From the IMG/VR virus record IMGVR_UViG_3300025655_000043, positions 1 through 56,634 of that record: DNA of 56,634 nucleotides. One strand, written 5' to 3'. How positions within the stretch are numbered: position 1 is the stretch's first letter; every line of letters begins with the position of its first letter. The notes under the pieces are model-generated. The model was not told the origin of the DNA and did not search any database. It saw only the letters and a program-made list of their open reading frames with translations. Origin of the DNA: a virus. Lineage: Duplodnaviria > Caudoviricetes. Made by a program: the position numbers and the translations under genes. Below are positions 18,316-28,085 of this stretch, piece by piece.

Positions 18316-20291
18316 GCGAGCAATATCCTGGTGGTTTCATCACCAAAACTCCTCCCACACCTGATGGCGACACGGCAGTTGGGCTCTGGACGCTGAACCA
18401 ACAGGCTGCTTATCAAAAACAAGGTCTGTGGCCTGGGTTGGGACCACCTTTTAGTGCTACTTCGGCTTACACTTACACAACTGTTCTGAATTATTACCCC
18501 GGAACCACGATTAACACAGCAGACTCTTATTACCCGTACTTTCAAGCCATCGACATCGGATTGACAATCGAGGACTTTTCGGACCAAGAGTCTCTTTATT
18601 TGGTTCCTGGGACTTATTCTTGGGTGGCACCGGCTGGTGTGACATCGGTTTGTGTTGCTTGTTTGGGCGGCGGTGGTGGTGGGCAAAAACCTTCCAGCGG
18701 TAACGGTTCCGGTGGCGGTGGTGGCGGTTTGGGCTATATAAACAACTACACCGTCACTCCGGGAAGTTCTTACACCGTTCAAGTTGGGCGTGGCGGTTAC
18801 GCTTTCTCTACTTATTCTGGCACAGGAACCCCGACAGACGGAACAGACTCTTACTTTGTGAGCACTTCTGTGTGTAAGGGTGGTAAGGGTTACAGTGGTG
18901 ACACCCGCACCGGAGGCACTTATGTTGGAGACGGCGGTGGTAACGGTGGGGCTGGTGGTGCCACAAACGGGTATTCTGGCGGCGGCGGTGGGGCTGGAGG
19001 TTATTCTGGTAACGGTGGTAACGGTGGGGCTGGGTCTGGTACAGGAGATTATGGTTCTGGCGGCGGCGGTGGCGGTGGTGGCGGCAACACTTCTAGCGGC
19101 GGTGGCTGGGGCGGCGGTGGTGGCGGTGTCTGGTGGTACGGCGAAGGTGCTAACGGCGCTGGTGGTGGAACAGGTGCTTACGGCATCGGTGGCGGTGGTG
19201 GCAGCGGAGGCGAAAGCGGCGAAGGGCCATACGGGAACGTTGCTGTACGCGTTTTCGGTGCAGGCGGCGGCGGCGGGTCTGCTGCGCGTTCGGCCGGCTA
19301 TGGAGGCAACGGTTGGGTAAGGATAATTTGGGGTTCCGGCAGGAGTTTTCCGTCCACGAACACGGCGATGACTTACAAAACAACACCAGCCGAAGCTGTC
19401 GTCTTCAGTGTGCGATACAACACCTCTGGTTCGCCTCCAAGTTCAGTTGCTTACTCGTATCAAATGGACTCCAACATCCAGTTTCAAACACGCAGCACTT
19501 TTTCCGGCACAACAAATTCCAATTTAAATACCACTGCTTTGTTGAGCGGCAACGGTCTTTACATAACAAGTCAAGGAGCAGTCACGACTTCCACAGGATT
19601 CGCTTATGAAACAACAGCTGCAATCGGTGATGTTGCAAACATCACAACTTGTTTCACGCAGGATCAAACAAAGCGTTGGATGCAACTTGTCACTTACACT
19701 GGAAACGGCGCAAGCAGTCAAACCGTAAATCACAACTTGGGCACGACACCGGCGATGATGGTTTGGTTGCCGTACGGCACGAGTGCTGCAAAGATCACCT
19801 ACCACAAAAACATGGGTGCCAATCCAGAAACAAAGTCGATGTTGCTTGATACGAATGCGGCTCCCGTTGTTTCGAGCACTTATTGGAACAACACTGCGCC
19901 AACGTCTTCCACTTTCACAGTCGGATCGGTGCCGAACGTCAATGCTGTTCAATACCGCATGTGGTTGATAGCCGATTTTCCTGGAAAAGTGAAAGTCGGT
20001 GGTTATACCGGCAACGGCACCAATCAAACAATCAACACAGGATTGAGCGGTGCCGTTCGTTCTCTTTGGATCAAAAAAGTCAATGTTGGCAGCTGGTGGT
20101 GTTGGAACGGACAAACGGGAATACCTTCTTCCGGCAACGATCTTTGTTTTGCCATAGACTTGACTGGTGCTTGGGTCTCTGGTGTTCAGAGTGTCAACTC
20201 TTCCGGAAACGATTTTATTGTCTATGAAAATGCAACAACCGCTGTCAACACCAATGGTGAAGAATACATTTATTTCGCGATAGGGACTTGA
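18312..20291 (+). CDS. Glycine-rich tail fibre/receptor-binding protein, 659 aa
   Basis: Shares GTYSWVAP.GVTSV, YINNYTVTPG.SYTV and VRIIW..RSFPSTNT blocks with 15390..16478; C-terminal YTGNG repeats. Confidence 0.8.
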   Translation: MSEQYPGGFITKTPPTPDGDTAVGLWTLNQQAAYQKQGLWPGLGPPFSATSAYTYTTVLNYYPGTTINTADSYYPYFQAIDIGLTIEDFSDQESLYLVPGTYSWVAPAGVTSVCVACLGGGGGGQKPSSGNGSGGGGGGLGYINNYTVTPGSSYTVQVGRGGYAFSTYSGTGTPTDGTDSYFVSTSVCKGGKGYSGDTRTGGTYVGDGGGNGGAGGATNGYSGGGGGAGGYSGNGGNGGAGSGTGDYGSGGGGGGGGGNTSSGGGWGGGGGGVWWYGEGANGAGGGTGAYGIGGGGGSGGESGEGPYGNVAVRVFGAGGGGGSAARSAGYGGNGWVRIIWGSGRSFPSTNTAMTYKTTPAEAVVFSVRYNTSGSPPSSVAYSYQMDSNIQFQTRSTFSGTTNSNLNTTALLSGNGLYITSQGAVTTSTGFAYETTAAIGDVANITTCFTQDQTKRWMQLVTYTGNGASSQTVNHNLGTTPAMMVWLPYGTSAAKITYHKNMGANPETKSMLLDTNAAPVVSSTYWNNTAPTSSTFTVGSVPNVNAVQYRMWLIADFPGKVKVGGYTGNGTNQTINTGLSGAVRSLWIKKVNVGSWWCWNGQTGIPSSGNDLCFAIDLTGAWVSGVQSVNSSGNDFIVYENATTAVNTNGEEYIYFAIGT

Positions 20292-20341
20292 CGATGCTAG
20301 AAAACTGCTCGGCAAGGTCTTTGGAGGTGTGCTGGAATCAA

Positions 20342-20812
20342 ATGGAACTCGAATCAATCACCAAAACAGTCGGGGCGGTCAGCGCAGTCATTGCGATGGC
20401 TGGCGGCGGTTACACGCTTGCCGACAAAGTTGGTTGGCTCAAAAAAGACATCTTGACTTGGGCACCGGAACATTTCCAAATTTCCAGCGCACCGGCTTCT
20501 GGCGAGTTTACAGTTGTTGTCGCTCGTCAAAAGTTGCGAGACGATTGCGAAGTCGTCAACTTCAAACTAGAAGTCCGTGACGCAGACCATGTCGTGCACC
20601 CAGCGACACCGAGCATCGCTGTTTTCAGCGGTCCAGCTTCAGCGACGGTGGACAAGTTTGGTTACAGGTTCACCATCGAGCAAGACCACCAACAAAGAGT
20701 GGCAACAGGGACAGCGACTTTGCTGGCGCACATCAAATACAAGTGTCCAGAAGGCGAGGTTTTCGTCAACTATCCAAACCACCCAAACCTCAATTTCCAA
20801 ATACAGGAGTGA
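20342..20812 (+). CDS. N-terminally anchored protein next to lysis genes, about 156 aa, function unknown
   Basis: Hydrophobic N-terminus, two Cys in soluble part; start uncertain. Confidence 0.55.
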   Translation: MELESITKTVGAVSAVIAMAGGGYTLADKVGWLKKDILTWAPEHFQISSAPASGEFTVVVARQKLRDDCEVVNFKLEVRDADHVVHPATPSIAVFSGPASATVDKFGYRFTIEQDHQQRVATGTATLLAHIKYKCPEGEVFVNYPNHPNLNFQIQE

Positions 20813-20818
20813 ACGGAA

Positions 20819-21289
20819 ATGTTGGAAACGCTACTAGGAGGAGTTTTTGGAGGTGTGCTGCGGCTTGCGCCGGAAATCTTCAAGATCTTCGACAAGAAGA
20901 ATGAGCGGTCGCACGAGTTGGCGATGCTCAACGCAGAAATGGAGTTCACCCGTCTGCGCGGCGAAATCGCCATGCGACAAACTGAAGCCGCCATGACCGT
21001 GGCGGAACTGGACACAATGGCCGAGGCGTTCAAGGAACAAAGCCGCACGGCGTCCAATGCAGGGAGGTTCGTTTCTGCGATCTCTGCTCTGGTGCGTCCG
21101 TTCGTGACTTACCTGTTCGTTTTCTTGTTCGCGGCGGTGAAGGTGGCTGGTTACTTGATCGCGTTGCAACAAGGCGGCGAATGGAAGACCGTTCTGGTCG
21201 AGTTGTGGGGTGTCGACGACATGGCCGTGCTCAACATGATCCTTTCGTTCTGGTTTGTGGGTCGGGTCTATGAGCGCACCCGTAAATGA
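20819..21289 (+). CDS. Putative holin, 156 aa
   Basis: Three hydrophobic segments, ALVRP.VTY and ILSFWFVGR motifs as in 3TM GTA-type holins; precedes lysozyme. Confidence 0.65.
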   Translation: MLETLLGGVFGGVLRLAPEIFKIFDKKNERSHELAMLNAEMEFTRLRGEIAMRQTEAAMTVAELDTMAEAFKEQSRTASNAGRFVSAISALVRPFVTYLFVFLFAAVKVAGYLIALQQGGEWKTVLVELWGVDDMAVLNMILSFWFVGRVYERTRK

Positions 21290-21728
21290 AGCGGTCGAAA
21301 TCGCAGCCTCTCTTTGCCGACCCTTTGAGGGGTTGCGCTTGAAACCGTACATCTGTCCGGCTGGCTATCCAACGATCGGCTACGGCACGGTCTACAAGCC
21401 GGACGGCACGACCGTGACGATGAATCACCCGCCGATCAGCAAGGAAACTGCTGAGGAGTGGCTGATGCACGAACTTCGAAAGACCTACGTTGCAGGTGTT
21501 TTGAAGGCGTCGCCGCACTTGATTGCGTATCCAAAAGTCTTGGGTGCGCTCGGCGATTTTGCCTACAATCTTGGTGTTCCGCGATATCGCGCTAGCACTT
21601 TGAAGGGCAGAATCGACGAGAAAGACTGGGACGGAGCGAAAGAGCAGCTGATGCGCTGGGTTCGTGGAGGAGGTCGGGTTCTGCCAGGATTGGTAAAAAG
21701 AAGGAAGGCAGAATGTGAAATCTTCTGA
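21270..21728 (+). CDS. Endolysin, GH24 lysozyme
   Basis: FEGLRLKPYICPAGYPTIGYG (E-x8-C-x5-T), FAYNLG, GLVKRRKAE. Confidence 0.92.
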   Translation: MSAPVNEAVEIAASLCRPFEGLRLKPYICPAGYPTIGYGTVYKPDGTTVTMNHPPISKETAEEWLMHELRKTYVAGVLKASPHLIAYPKVLGALGDFAYNLGVPRYRASTLKGRIDEKDWDGAKEQLMRWVRGGGRVLPGLVKRRKAECEIF

Positions 21729-21734
21729 AATCGC

Positions 21735-21764
21735 TTGTCTTTTACAGACTTTCGAGACTATAAT
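21735..21764 (+). promoter_or_regulatory. Sigma70-like promoter TTGTCT-N18-TATAAT
   Basis: Perfect -10 box in AT-rich gap. Confidence 0.65.
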
Positions 21765-21815
21765 TAACACAAAACGGCGCATGCTGTATCAGCTGCTTGA
21801 ACCTACGGAGTGGTC

Positions 21816-22448
21816 ATGGCATACAGTATGACATATGACAGCTTGCTGACAGACGTGCGCCGTTATCTTGAACGCGGTTTCACCGCTGAAAGTGACGAAA
21901 TCGTCTATCAGCAATTGCCTCGCCTAGTTACACTAGGTGAGCGTCGCATTGCGCGCGAACTAAAGATCCAAGGATTCATCCGCGCCGTGCAAACCCCGCT
22001 GACCGCTGGAGTGGCGGTCTACATGAAGCCAGATCGTTGGCGCGACACCATCTCCATGACTGTGGACGGTTCGCCGATCTACGCACGCTCCTACGAGTAT
22101 TGCCGCAGCTACTGGCCGGATGAAGCTGAAACAGGCTCTCCAAATTTCTACGCCGACTACGATTATCAGCACTGGCTGATCACGCCGACGCCGGATTCTG
22201 CCCAAACATTGGAAGTTATGTACTACGAACAACCAGCGTTGCTGGGCGATGATTCTCAAACCAACTGGCTCACCGAGTATGCACCCGACTTGTTGACTTA
22301 CGCGACACTGTTGGAGGCGACACCGTTCTTGAAAAACGACGAGCGCATCCAGACTTGGCAGGCCATGTACGACCGTGCAGCGCAGGCATTGAACGGCGAA
22401 GACCTCAAGCGCATCATGGATCGTTCTGCAAATAGGAGTGAAGCGTAA
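21816..22448 (+). CDS. Putative second adaptor/tail tubular protein, 210 aa
   Basis: TY..L..DV..YLER, G.P..YA, P.PD....E..YY..P, NWL...APDLL.YA.L.EA..FLKND pattern. Confidence 0.65.
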   Translation: MAYSMTYDSLLTDVRRYLERGFTAESDEIVYQQLPRLVTLGERRIARELKIQGFIRAVQTPLTAGVAVYMKPDRWRDTISMTVDGSPIYARSYEYCRSYWPDEAETGSPNFYADYDYQHWLITPTPDSAQTLEVMYYEQPALLGDDSQTNWLTEYAPDLLTYATLLEATPFLKNDERIQTWQAMYDRAAQALNGEDLKRIMDRSANRSEA

Positions 22449-23650
22449 TGCCAATCTACACAGACGTGTTCGGCGGCGCGAACATCTATCCCAGCGAAAT
22501 AAGCTACAGCGCAATCTCGCTAACGGCTGATGTGACGCTGAGTTGGCCAGAGGAAACTTCCACCAACACCAACCTAGCCACTCGCATCATTGACGTAACG
22601 CCTTCGACTGCTGGCCTCAACATCATTTTGCCAGACGCTGACAAAACCGGCACGGGCAACACGATCCTCTTCAACAACCGTGGTGCGCAGACTTTCACGG
22701 TCAAGAACGCAGACGGCGTGCAAGTCGTTAGCATTGCGGCTGGGACGCTTTGGCAGGTTTACGTTGCAAGCAACACCACTGCTGCTGGCACGTGGCGCTC
22801 TCTTCAGTACGGCGCGACGACTTCGACGGCTAACGCTTCTGCGCTCGCCGGGACTGGCATCGTGGCAGTTGGTGCGTTGCTCAGCCAGTCGGTTCCGGTC
22901 ACTCAATTCAATTCGAACTTCACCACGACGCTCGCCGACCGAGCGAAGATGTACAACTGGACGGGCGGTGGCGGCACGTTGACGTTGCCGGATCCTTCGG
23001 TCGTTGGCAACAACTGGTTCATGTATCTGCGCAACTCTGGTTCTGGCAACGTCAATGCTGACGCTCCTGGCCTGACGACGATCGACGGTGACTCTTATTT
23101 GGCATTCCAACCAGGAGAGTCCGCCATCATCGCGTGCGACGGCTCGAACTTCTACACAATCGGCTTCGGTCAGTCTGCAGCGTTCGCGTTCGATTACACT
23201 GTGATCGACATTTCTGGAACCGGCACTTACACGCTGACCGGCACCGAGTTGAATCGCGTTTCCTACCGTTTCACGGGAACGCTGACCGGCAACCGCATCG
23301 TGGTCGTGCCAGCAACCGTGCAACAGTATTGGGTTGACAACCAGACAACCGGAGCCTACACTCTCACGATCTCGCCTTCTGGAGGCGGGACCAGCTTCGT
23401 TGTTTCTCAAGGCGAGCGCGTGATACTTTATTGCGACGGCACGGACGTGCTGAACGCAGCAACGCAGGGCATTTCTGTTCCTCTGACTATTGCAGAAGGA
23501 GGCACAGGCGCGACGACTTCTGGTGCAGCATTGATCAACCTTGGAGGCACATCGGTCGGCATTGGTGTTTTCACTGCAGCTGATCAAGCCGCAGCATGGG
23601 CCGTGCTTGGATCCATTCCTGCTGGTGCTGTTAATGGGGGCTCGTTCTGA
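22448..23650 (+). CDS. Tail structural protein, 400 aa
   Basis: Three repeated beta modules, IAEGGTGATT motif, ends NGGSF. Confidence 0.7.
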   Translation: MPIYTDVFGGANIYPSEISYSAISLTADVTLSWPEETSTNTNLATRIIDVTPSTAGLNIILPDADKTGTGNTILFNNRGAQTFTVKNADGVQVVSIAAGTLWQVYVASNTTAAGTWRSLQYGATTSTANASALAGTGIVAVGALLSQSVPVTQFNSNFTTTLADRAKMYNWTGGGGTLTLPDPSVVGNNWFMYLRNSGSGNVNADAPGLTTIDGDSYLAFQPGESAIIACDGSNFYTIGFGQSAAFAFDYTVIDISGTGTYTLTGTELNRVSYRFTGTLTGNRIVVVPATVQQYWVDNQTTGAYTLTISPSGGGTSFVVSQGERVILYCDGTDVLNAATQGISVPLTIAEGGTGATTSGAALINLGGTSVGIGVFTAADQAAAWAVLGSIPAGAVNGGSF

Positions 23651-25497
23651 TGCCTGAAAGCACCATCATCCTGCGTTCCAATCCTGGAATAAAACGGGAC
23701 GGGACCAAATTCGAAGGCGACCACTACACCGACGGCCAGTGGGTTCGTTGGCAGCGCGGTTTGCCTCGGAAGATGGGCGGCTATCGCGCAACGCAAAAGT
23801 ACCTCTCAGAAATCAGCCGTGGGTTCAGCAACTTCACACAGCAGACGTACATTTACTGCCACTCTGGCGGTGCGACGAAGATGGAGCGTTTCACGCTGGA
23901 TTCCACAGCCAACAGTTCCATCGTAACGGATCGTACGCCGGTCGCAGCACCAGCAAGCTGCACGGTCACGCTCGCGGCGGGTGCGGCAGGTTCTGTGGAC
24001 AGCATCACGATCAACAGCGTCAACGTCATGTCGGGTGCAGTTTCGTTCACGACAGATCTCGCCACAACGGCAGCGGCGGTCGCAGCCAACATCACGGCTC
24101 ACACGTCCACCCCGAACTACACGGCAACTTCTGCAGGCAACGTCATAACGATAACGGCAGACGACAACGGCTCTGGCCAAAACGGCTACGCAGTGGTGAC
24201 CAGCACCACGACGATCGTTGCAACCGACACCGACATGGACGGCGGGTGCGATGCATACGTCACCAGTGCGAACAACATGTGGATGTTCGATTATCAGTAC
24301 GACTCGTCTACCAACCAAAACTACATCATCGCTCAAGTGTCGCCGAACTTGGAGTGTTCGTGCAACGACGAAGGCGGACAAATTTTCTTCGGTGAGGTGC
24401 TCGGCACCGCGCCGTTCCAGAGCGTCAACCTCCCTCCAGACGCCAACTGTACGGGTGGGATCGTTTCACTCCACCCGTACCTTTTCTACTATGGCACGGA
24501 CGGAATCGTCGGTTGGTCGAAGCCGGGAGAACCGACGAACCTCACCGACCTAGCGGGCGGTGCAGGGTTGGCTCGGGTTTGGGGCCAAAAGATCATCAAA
24601 GGCATGCCGCTGCGAGCCGGTTCTGGTTCCGCACCCGCTGGCATCTTCTGGGCGTATGACGCCGTCATCCGTGCGACCTTCACCGGCGGCGCGACGACGT
24701 TCCAGTTCGACGTGGTTGCGACCGACACCTCGATCATCTCGCCGAACAGCGTGGTGGACTACGACGGCGTTTTCTTCTGGTGTGGTGTTGATCGGTTCTT
24801 GATGTTCAACGGCGTCGTGCGGGAAGTCCCGAACACGATGAACCTGAACTATTTCTTCGACAACATCAACAAGCGCCAAGGCATGAAGGTCTTCGCCTTC
24901 AAGGTTCCTAAATATGGCGAGATCTGGTGGTGCTATCCTCGTGGCGATGCGACCGAATGCACGCACGCCGTTGTTTACAACGTCCGCGAGAACACTTGGT
25001 ACGACACCGAGTTGCCCAACGAAGGTCGAGCAGCCGGTCAGTTCAACAACTCTTTCCGCGCTCCGATCCTTGCTGGAACACAAGCAACGAACAACGACTA
25101 TCGCGTTTGGGTGCACGAACAAGGCTACGACGAATTTGATGGGTCCAACATCTCCCCGATCAAGTCCTACTTCGAAACGGCAGACCTTTCCAACCTCGTT
25201 CAAGGGAAAAACCAATACGTGCGCATCACGCGCATCGAACCCGACTTCGTGCAAAATGGCCCAATGACGGTGCAAGTGACCGGTCGTGCCAATGCACGCG
25301 CTCCAGAAGTTTACAGCAGCTTGTTCACTTTTGTTGATCCTAGCAACATCGTTGAACCGCAACAGCAGATCGTTATGTTGAAAGAACAGCGCAGGGAACT
25401 TCGGGTGCGGTTTGAAAGCGATGCTGTTTATGGCAACTACCAAATGGGACAGATCATCGGTCACATATCGACCGGAGACGGGACGGTGCTGGGATGA
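23650..25497 (+). CDS. Putative tail nozzle/hub (P22 gp10 or T7 gp12-like), 615 aa
   Basis: Beta-propeller-like composition (EIWWCYP, VVYN..ENTWY), size, position before ejection genes. Confidence 0.65.
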   Translation: MPESTIILRSNPGIKRDGTKFEGDHYTDGQWVRWQRGLPRKMGGYRATQKYLSEISRGFSNFTQQTYIYCHSGGATKMERFTLDSTANSSIVTDRTPVAAPASCTVTLAAGAAGSVDSITINSVNVMSGAVSFTTDLATTAAAVAANITAHTSTPNYTATSAGNVITITADDNGSGQNGYAVVTSTTTIVATDTDMDGGCDAYVTSANNMWMFDYQYDSSTNQNYIIAQVSPNLECSCNDEGGQIFFGEVLGTAPFQSVNLPPDANCTGGIVSLHPYLFYYGTDGIVGWSKPGEPTNLTDLAGGAGLARVWGQKIIKGMPLRAGSGSAPAGIFWAYDAVIRATFTGGATTFQFDVVATDTSIISPNSVVDYDGVFFWCGVDRFLMFNGVVREVPNTMNLNYFFDNINKRQGMKVFAFKVPKYGEIWWCYPRGDATECTHAVVYNVRENTWYDTELPNEGRAAGQFNNSFRAPILAGTQATNNDYRVWVHEQGYDEFDGSNISPIKSYFETADLSNLVQGKNQYVRITRIEPDFVQNGPMTVQVTGRANARAPEVYSSLFTFVDPSNIVEPQQQIVMLKEQRRELRVRFESDAVYGNYQMGQIIGHISTGDGTVLG

Positions 25498-25727
25498 GCC
25501 TTCGAGTCACTCTTCCGACCGGAATGGGGTTGCGCGACTGGGCAGACCAGATTGCACTCGACCTCGACCCTTATGGCGCGTTCGGTCGGTTGGATGCCGA
25601 AGATCAGTGGCAGAATTGGGCGATGCAGTTTTTGAACAACATGACCTTGAAAGAAAACATTCCGGTTCCCTACAACTTTGAAAACTGGCGGGAATGGGCT
25701 GAAAGGTTCTGTCAGGTGTTGGAATGA
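25494..25727 (+). CDS. Small Trp-rich protein, 77 aa
   Basis: ATGA-coupled on both sides; three W..WA repeats. Confidence 0.7.
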   Translation: MSLRVTLPTGMGLRDWADQIALDLDPYGAFGRLDAEDQWQNWAMQFLNNMTLKENIPVPYNFENWREWAERFCQVLE

Positions 25728-26161
25728 GAGTGATCGGGTTCGTGAAAGAGGAAGAGGCTGAACAATGGGCAAGAAAGAAGTTGGGTTTGGAGCACGCGCC
25801 GGAGTTTTTCCGAGCGTTGAGTGCTGTGGACGAATCCAACGAATTCATGTGCGTTGTGGTGATGACGAACTTCAGTTCAACGAACGTCGACGTAAACATC
25901 GCGATGGACAGTAAAAAGATGAGACCAAAGGCAACAATCGAGATGTTCAATGAGGTGTTCGGCTTTTTGTTCGACCGGTTGCACGTCTTGCGTGCGACAG
26001 GTTTGACAGACAGCGAAAACAAGTCTGCGCAGCGAATCATTGAGCACTTTGGGTTTAAGTTAGAAGGCGTCATGCGCAAAGCAGCAGTGCGTGGACGCGA
26101 CCTGATGGTCTACGGTTTCTTGGCCGAAGAGTATCAAAATCACGCTTGGCGGAGAGGTTAA
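25724..26161 (+). CDS. GNAT-family (RimJ/RimL-like) acetyltransferase
   Basis: F..L.V.R..G....EN..AQRIIEHFGFKLEG.MRK motif; directly upstream of ejection genes. Confidence 0.75.
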   Translation: MRVIGFVKEEEAEQWARKKLGLEHAPEFFRALSAVDESNEFMCVVVMTNFSSTNVDVNIAMDSKKMRPKATIEMFNEVFGFLFDRLHVLRATGLTDSENKSAQRIIEHFGFKLEGVMRKAAVRGRDLMVYGFLAEEYQNHAWRRG

Positions 26162-26162
26162 A

Positions 26163-28085
26163 ATGCAGATCAGAAACGCAATCATGGAGATGGCCAGCGG
26201 CGACCCCTCGTTCGCTCAAGGCGTCAATGCAATCGAAGCCCAGCTTGGCGCAACACCGATTGTTCCTGAAGACCTCGACGAAGCGATCAAGCTGCTCGAA
26301 TTCGTGCTGCAAAACCCCGACCGCTACGAAGAAGTCGTAGCAGCGGCAATCCGTGACGGCATCATCGACGAGGGCATGGTGCCGCCGCAGTTCGATCAGG
26401 CGTTCATCGTTTCGCTCTTGATGGCGTTGTACGGTCTGCAGGATCGCACCGCGCAGAAGATGGCGCGTGGCGGATTGACTTACGCCGGTCGCCGTGCGAT
26501 GACCGGCGGTCAAGGCGGCGACACCGAGTTGGTGCACGTCAACCGTCGCGAAGCCGAGATGCTGCGTCGCATGGGCGGTCAGGGAACAATCAACCCAAAC
26601 ACCGGTCTGCGTGAATACAAAAGTCTGAAGAAGGTTCTTGGCGCGGTGCTGCCAATCGCCGCTGCGATCTTTGTTCCTGGTCTGGGTGCTGCAATCGGCA
26701 GCGCGTTGGGTGCTTCTGGTATTGGCGCGTCGATGCTGGGCAGCGCGATCATCGGCGGTGCTTCTTCCGCACTGACTGGTGGCAACGTCCTGCAGGGCGC
26801 ACTGATGGGCGGTCTCGGCGGCGGCTTGGGTGGCGTGGTCGGCGGCGCGGCAAACAGCGCACTCGGTCTCGGTCTGGGTCAAACCGGTCAAGCGATCCTC
26901 GGCAGCGGTTTGGTCGGAGGTTTGTCAGGATTGGCCACAGGACAGGGATTCCTCAAGGGCGCAGGCCAAGGTGTTCTCGGCGGCGCAATCGGCGAACTCG
27001 CTGGCGGTGCGGCTGGTCCCACCGCTTTCCAACAAGGAATCAGTTCGGCTGGTCGGACATTCGGTCAAGCACTCACGGCTGGCTACGACCCGAAGACCGC
27101 AGCCGTTGCTGGCGGGTTGAGCGGGTTGGCCGCAGGCTTGACTTACAAACCTTCTGACGCTGCTGTGAACAACCTGCGCACAGGGGAACAACCTGCAGCC
27201 GCTGGCGAACCGGTGGAAGTCCGGCTGCCCGACGGGACAACAACGACCAACGTTCCTGGAACCCAAGGCGTCAACGCTGCTGGTCAGACTGGAACCTATC
27301 AGCTGAACCCGCAGACCGGTGCGATAGAATTCAAGGTGGCTCCTGGAACATATCAGTTCAATCCGCAGACCAACGCTGTCGAATGGACTGCGGCAGAGCC
27401 GACGTTCTGGCAACGGGTCACCGCTGGTGGTCCGTTAGCCGAAACCGGTGCTTCTGGAGCGACTGGCGCGCAAGGAAGCACTTCTCTCGGCGGACTCGGC
27501 AAAGTTGCGTTAGCCGCTACGGCACTGAGCGGATTGGCAGAGGCTCCGCCTGAAGTTCAACAAGCGGTTTCAACGCTTTCTCCAGAGCAACAAGAATATT
27601 TCAATCGTCCAAGTGTTGCTTGGGACTGGAATAAGTTGCAAAATGACGCTAACGCCAACAACATGAGCCTCAGCCAATACATGGCGCGCAACTGGAACAA
27701 CATCGCATCGGGCCAATACAACATGGCTACGGCTCCTCCTCCTGGAATGGCGCGTGGCGGCTACCACATGATGCCGGACGGTTCGATGATGCGCAACTCT
27801 GACCACATGATGGCCAATGGTGGTGCGCTCAACGCGATGGCGCGGTTCGCACGAGGCTCTGGTTCTGGTCGTGACGACACGATCAACGCTCGCCTCTCTG
27901 ACGGCGAATACGTCATGGACGCAGAAACGGTCGCAATGCTTGGGGACGGCTCCAGCGAGGACGGCGCACGCAAGTTGGATGCGATGCGGTCTCAATTGCG
28001 CAAACACAAAGGCAAGACAATGGCCAAAGGCAAATTCAGCCCTGACGCCAAGTCCCCGCTGGCTTACATCAAAGGAGTCGCATAA
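26163..28085 (+). CDS. Ejection/internal virion protein 1, 640 aa
   Basis: GDTELVHVN..EAEML...GG.GTINP.TGL.EY, long glycine zipper, C-terminal DDTINARLSDGEYV; three MAxGG motifs. Confidence 0.75.
   Translation: MQIRNAIMEMASGDPSFAQGVNAIEAQLGATPIVPEDLDEAIKLLEFVLQNPDRYEEVVAAAIRDGIIDEGMVPPQFDQAFIVSLLMALYGLQDRTAQKMARGGLTYAGRRAMTGGQGGDTELVHVNRREAEMLRRMGGQGTINPNTGLREYKSLKKVLGAVLPIAAAIFVPGLGAAIGSALGASGIGASMLGSAIIGGASSALTGGNVLQGALMGGLGGGLGGVVGGAANSALGLGLGQTGQAILGSGLVGGLSGLATGQGFLKGAGQGVLGGAIGELAGGAAGPTAFQQGISSAGRTFGQALTAGYDPKTAAVAGGLSGLAAGLTYKPSDAAVNNLRTGEQPAAAGEPVEVRLPDGTTTTNVPGTQGVNAAGQTGTYQLNPQTGAIEFKVAPGTYQFNPQTNAVEWTAAEPTFWQRVTAGGPLAETGASGATGAQGSTSLGGLGKVALAATALSGLAEAPPEVQQAVSTLSPEQQEYFNRPSVAWDWNKLQNDANANNMSLSQYMARNWNNIASGQYNMATAPPPGMARGGYHMMPDGSMMRNSDHMMANGGALNAMARFARGSGSGRDDTINARLSDGEYVMDAETVAMLGDGSSEDGARKLDAMRSQLRKHKGKTMAKGKFSPDAKSPLAYIKGVA

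Noticed and set aside
15751-18790. Similar DNA blocks in two fibre genes as a possible diversity-generating retroelement template/variable pair
   Set aside because: No reverse transcriptase in the genome; differences are mostly synonymous and not confined to adenines.
18900-19320. Dense GGC/GGT runs as CRISPR or satellite repeats, or as more GG motifs
   Set aside because: They encode a glycine-rich fibre domain with no repeat-spacer structure. These and the glycine zippers were excluded from the GG motif count.
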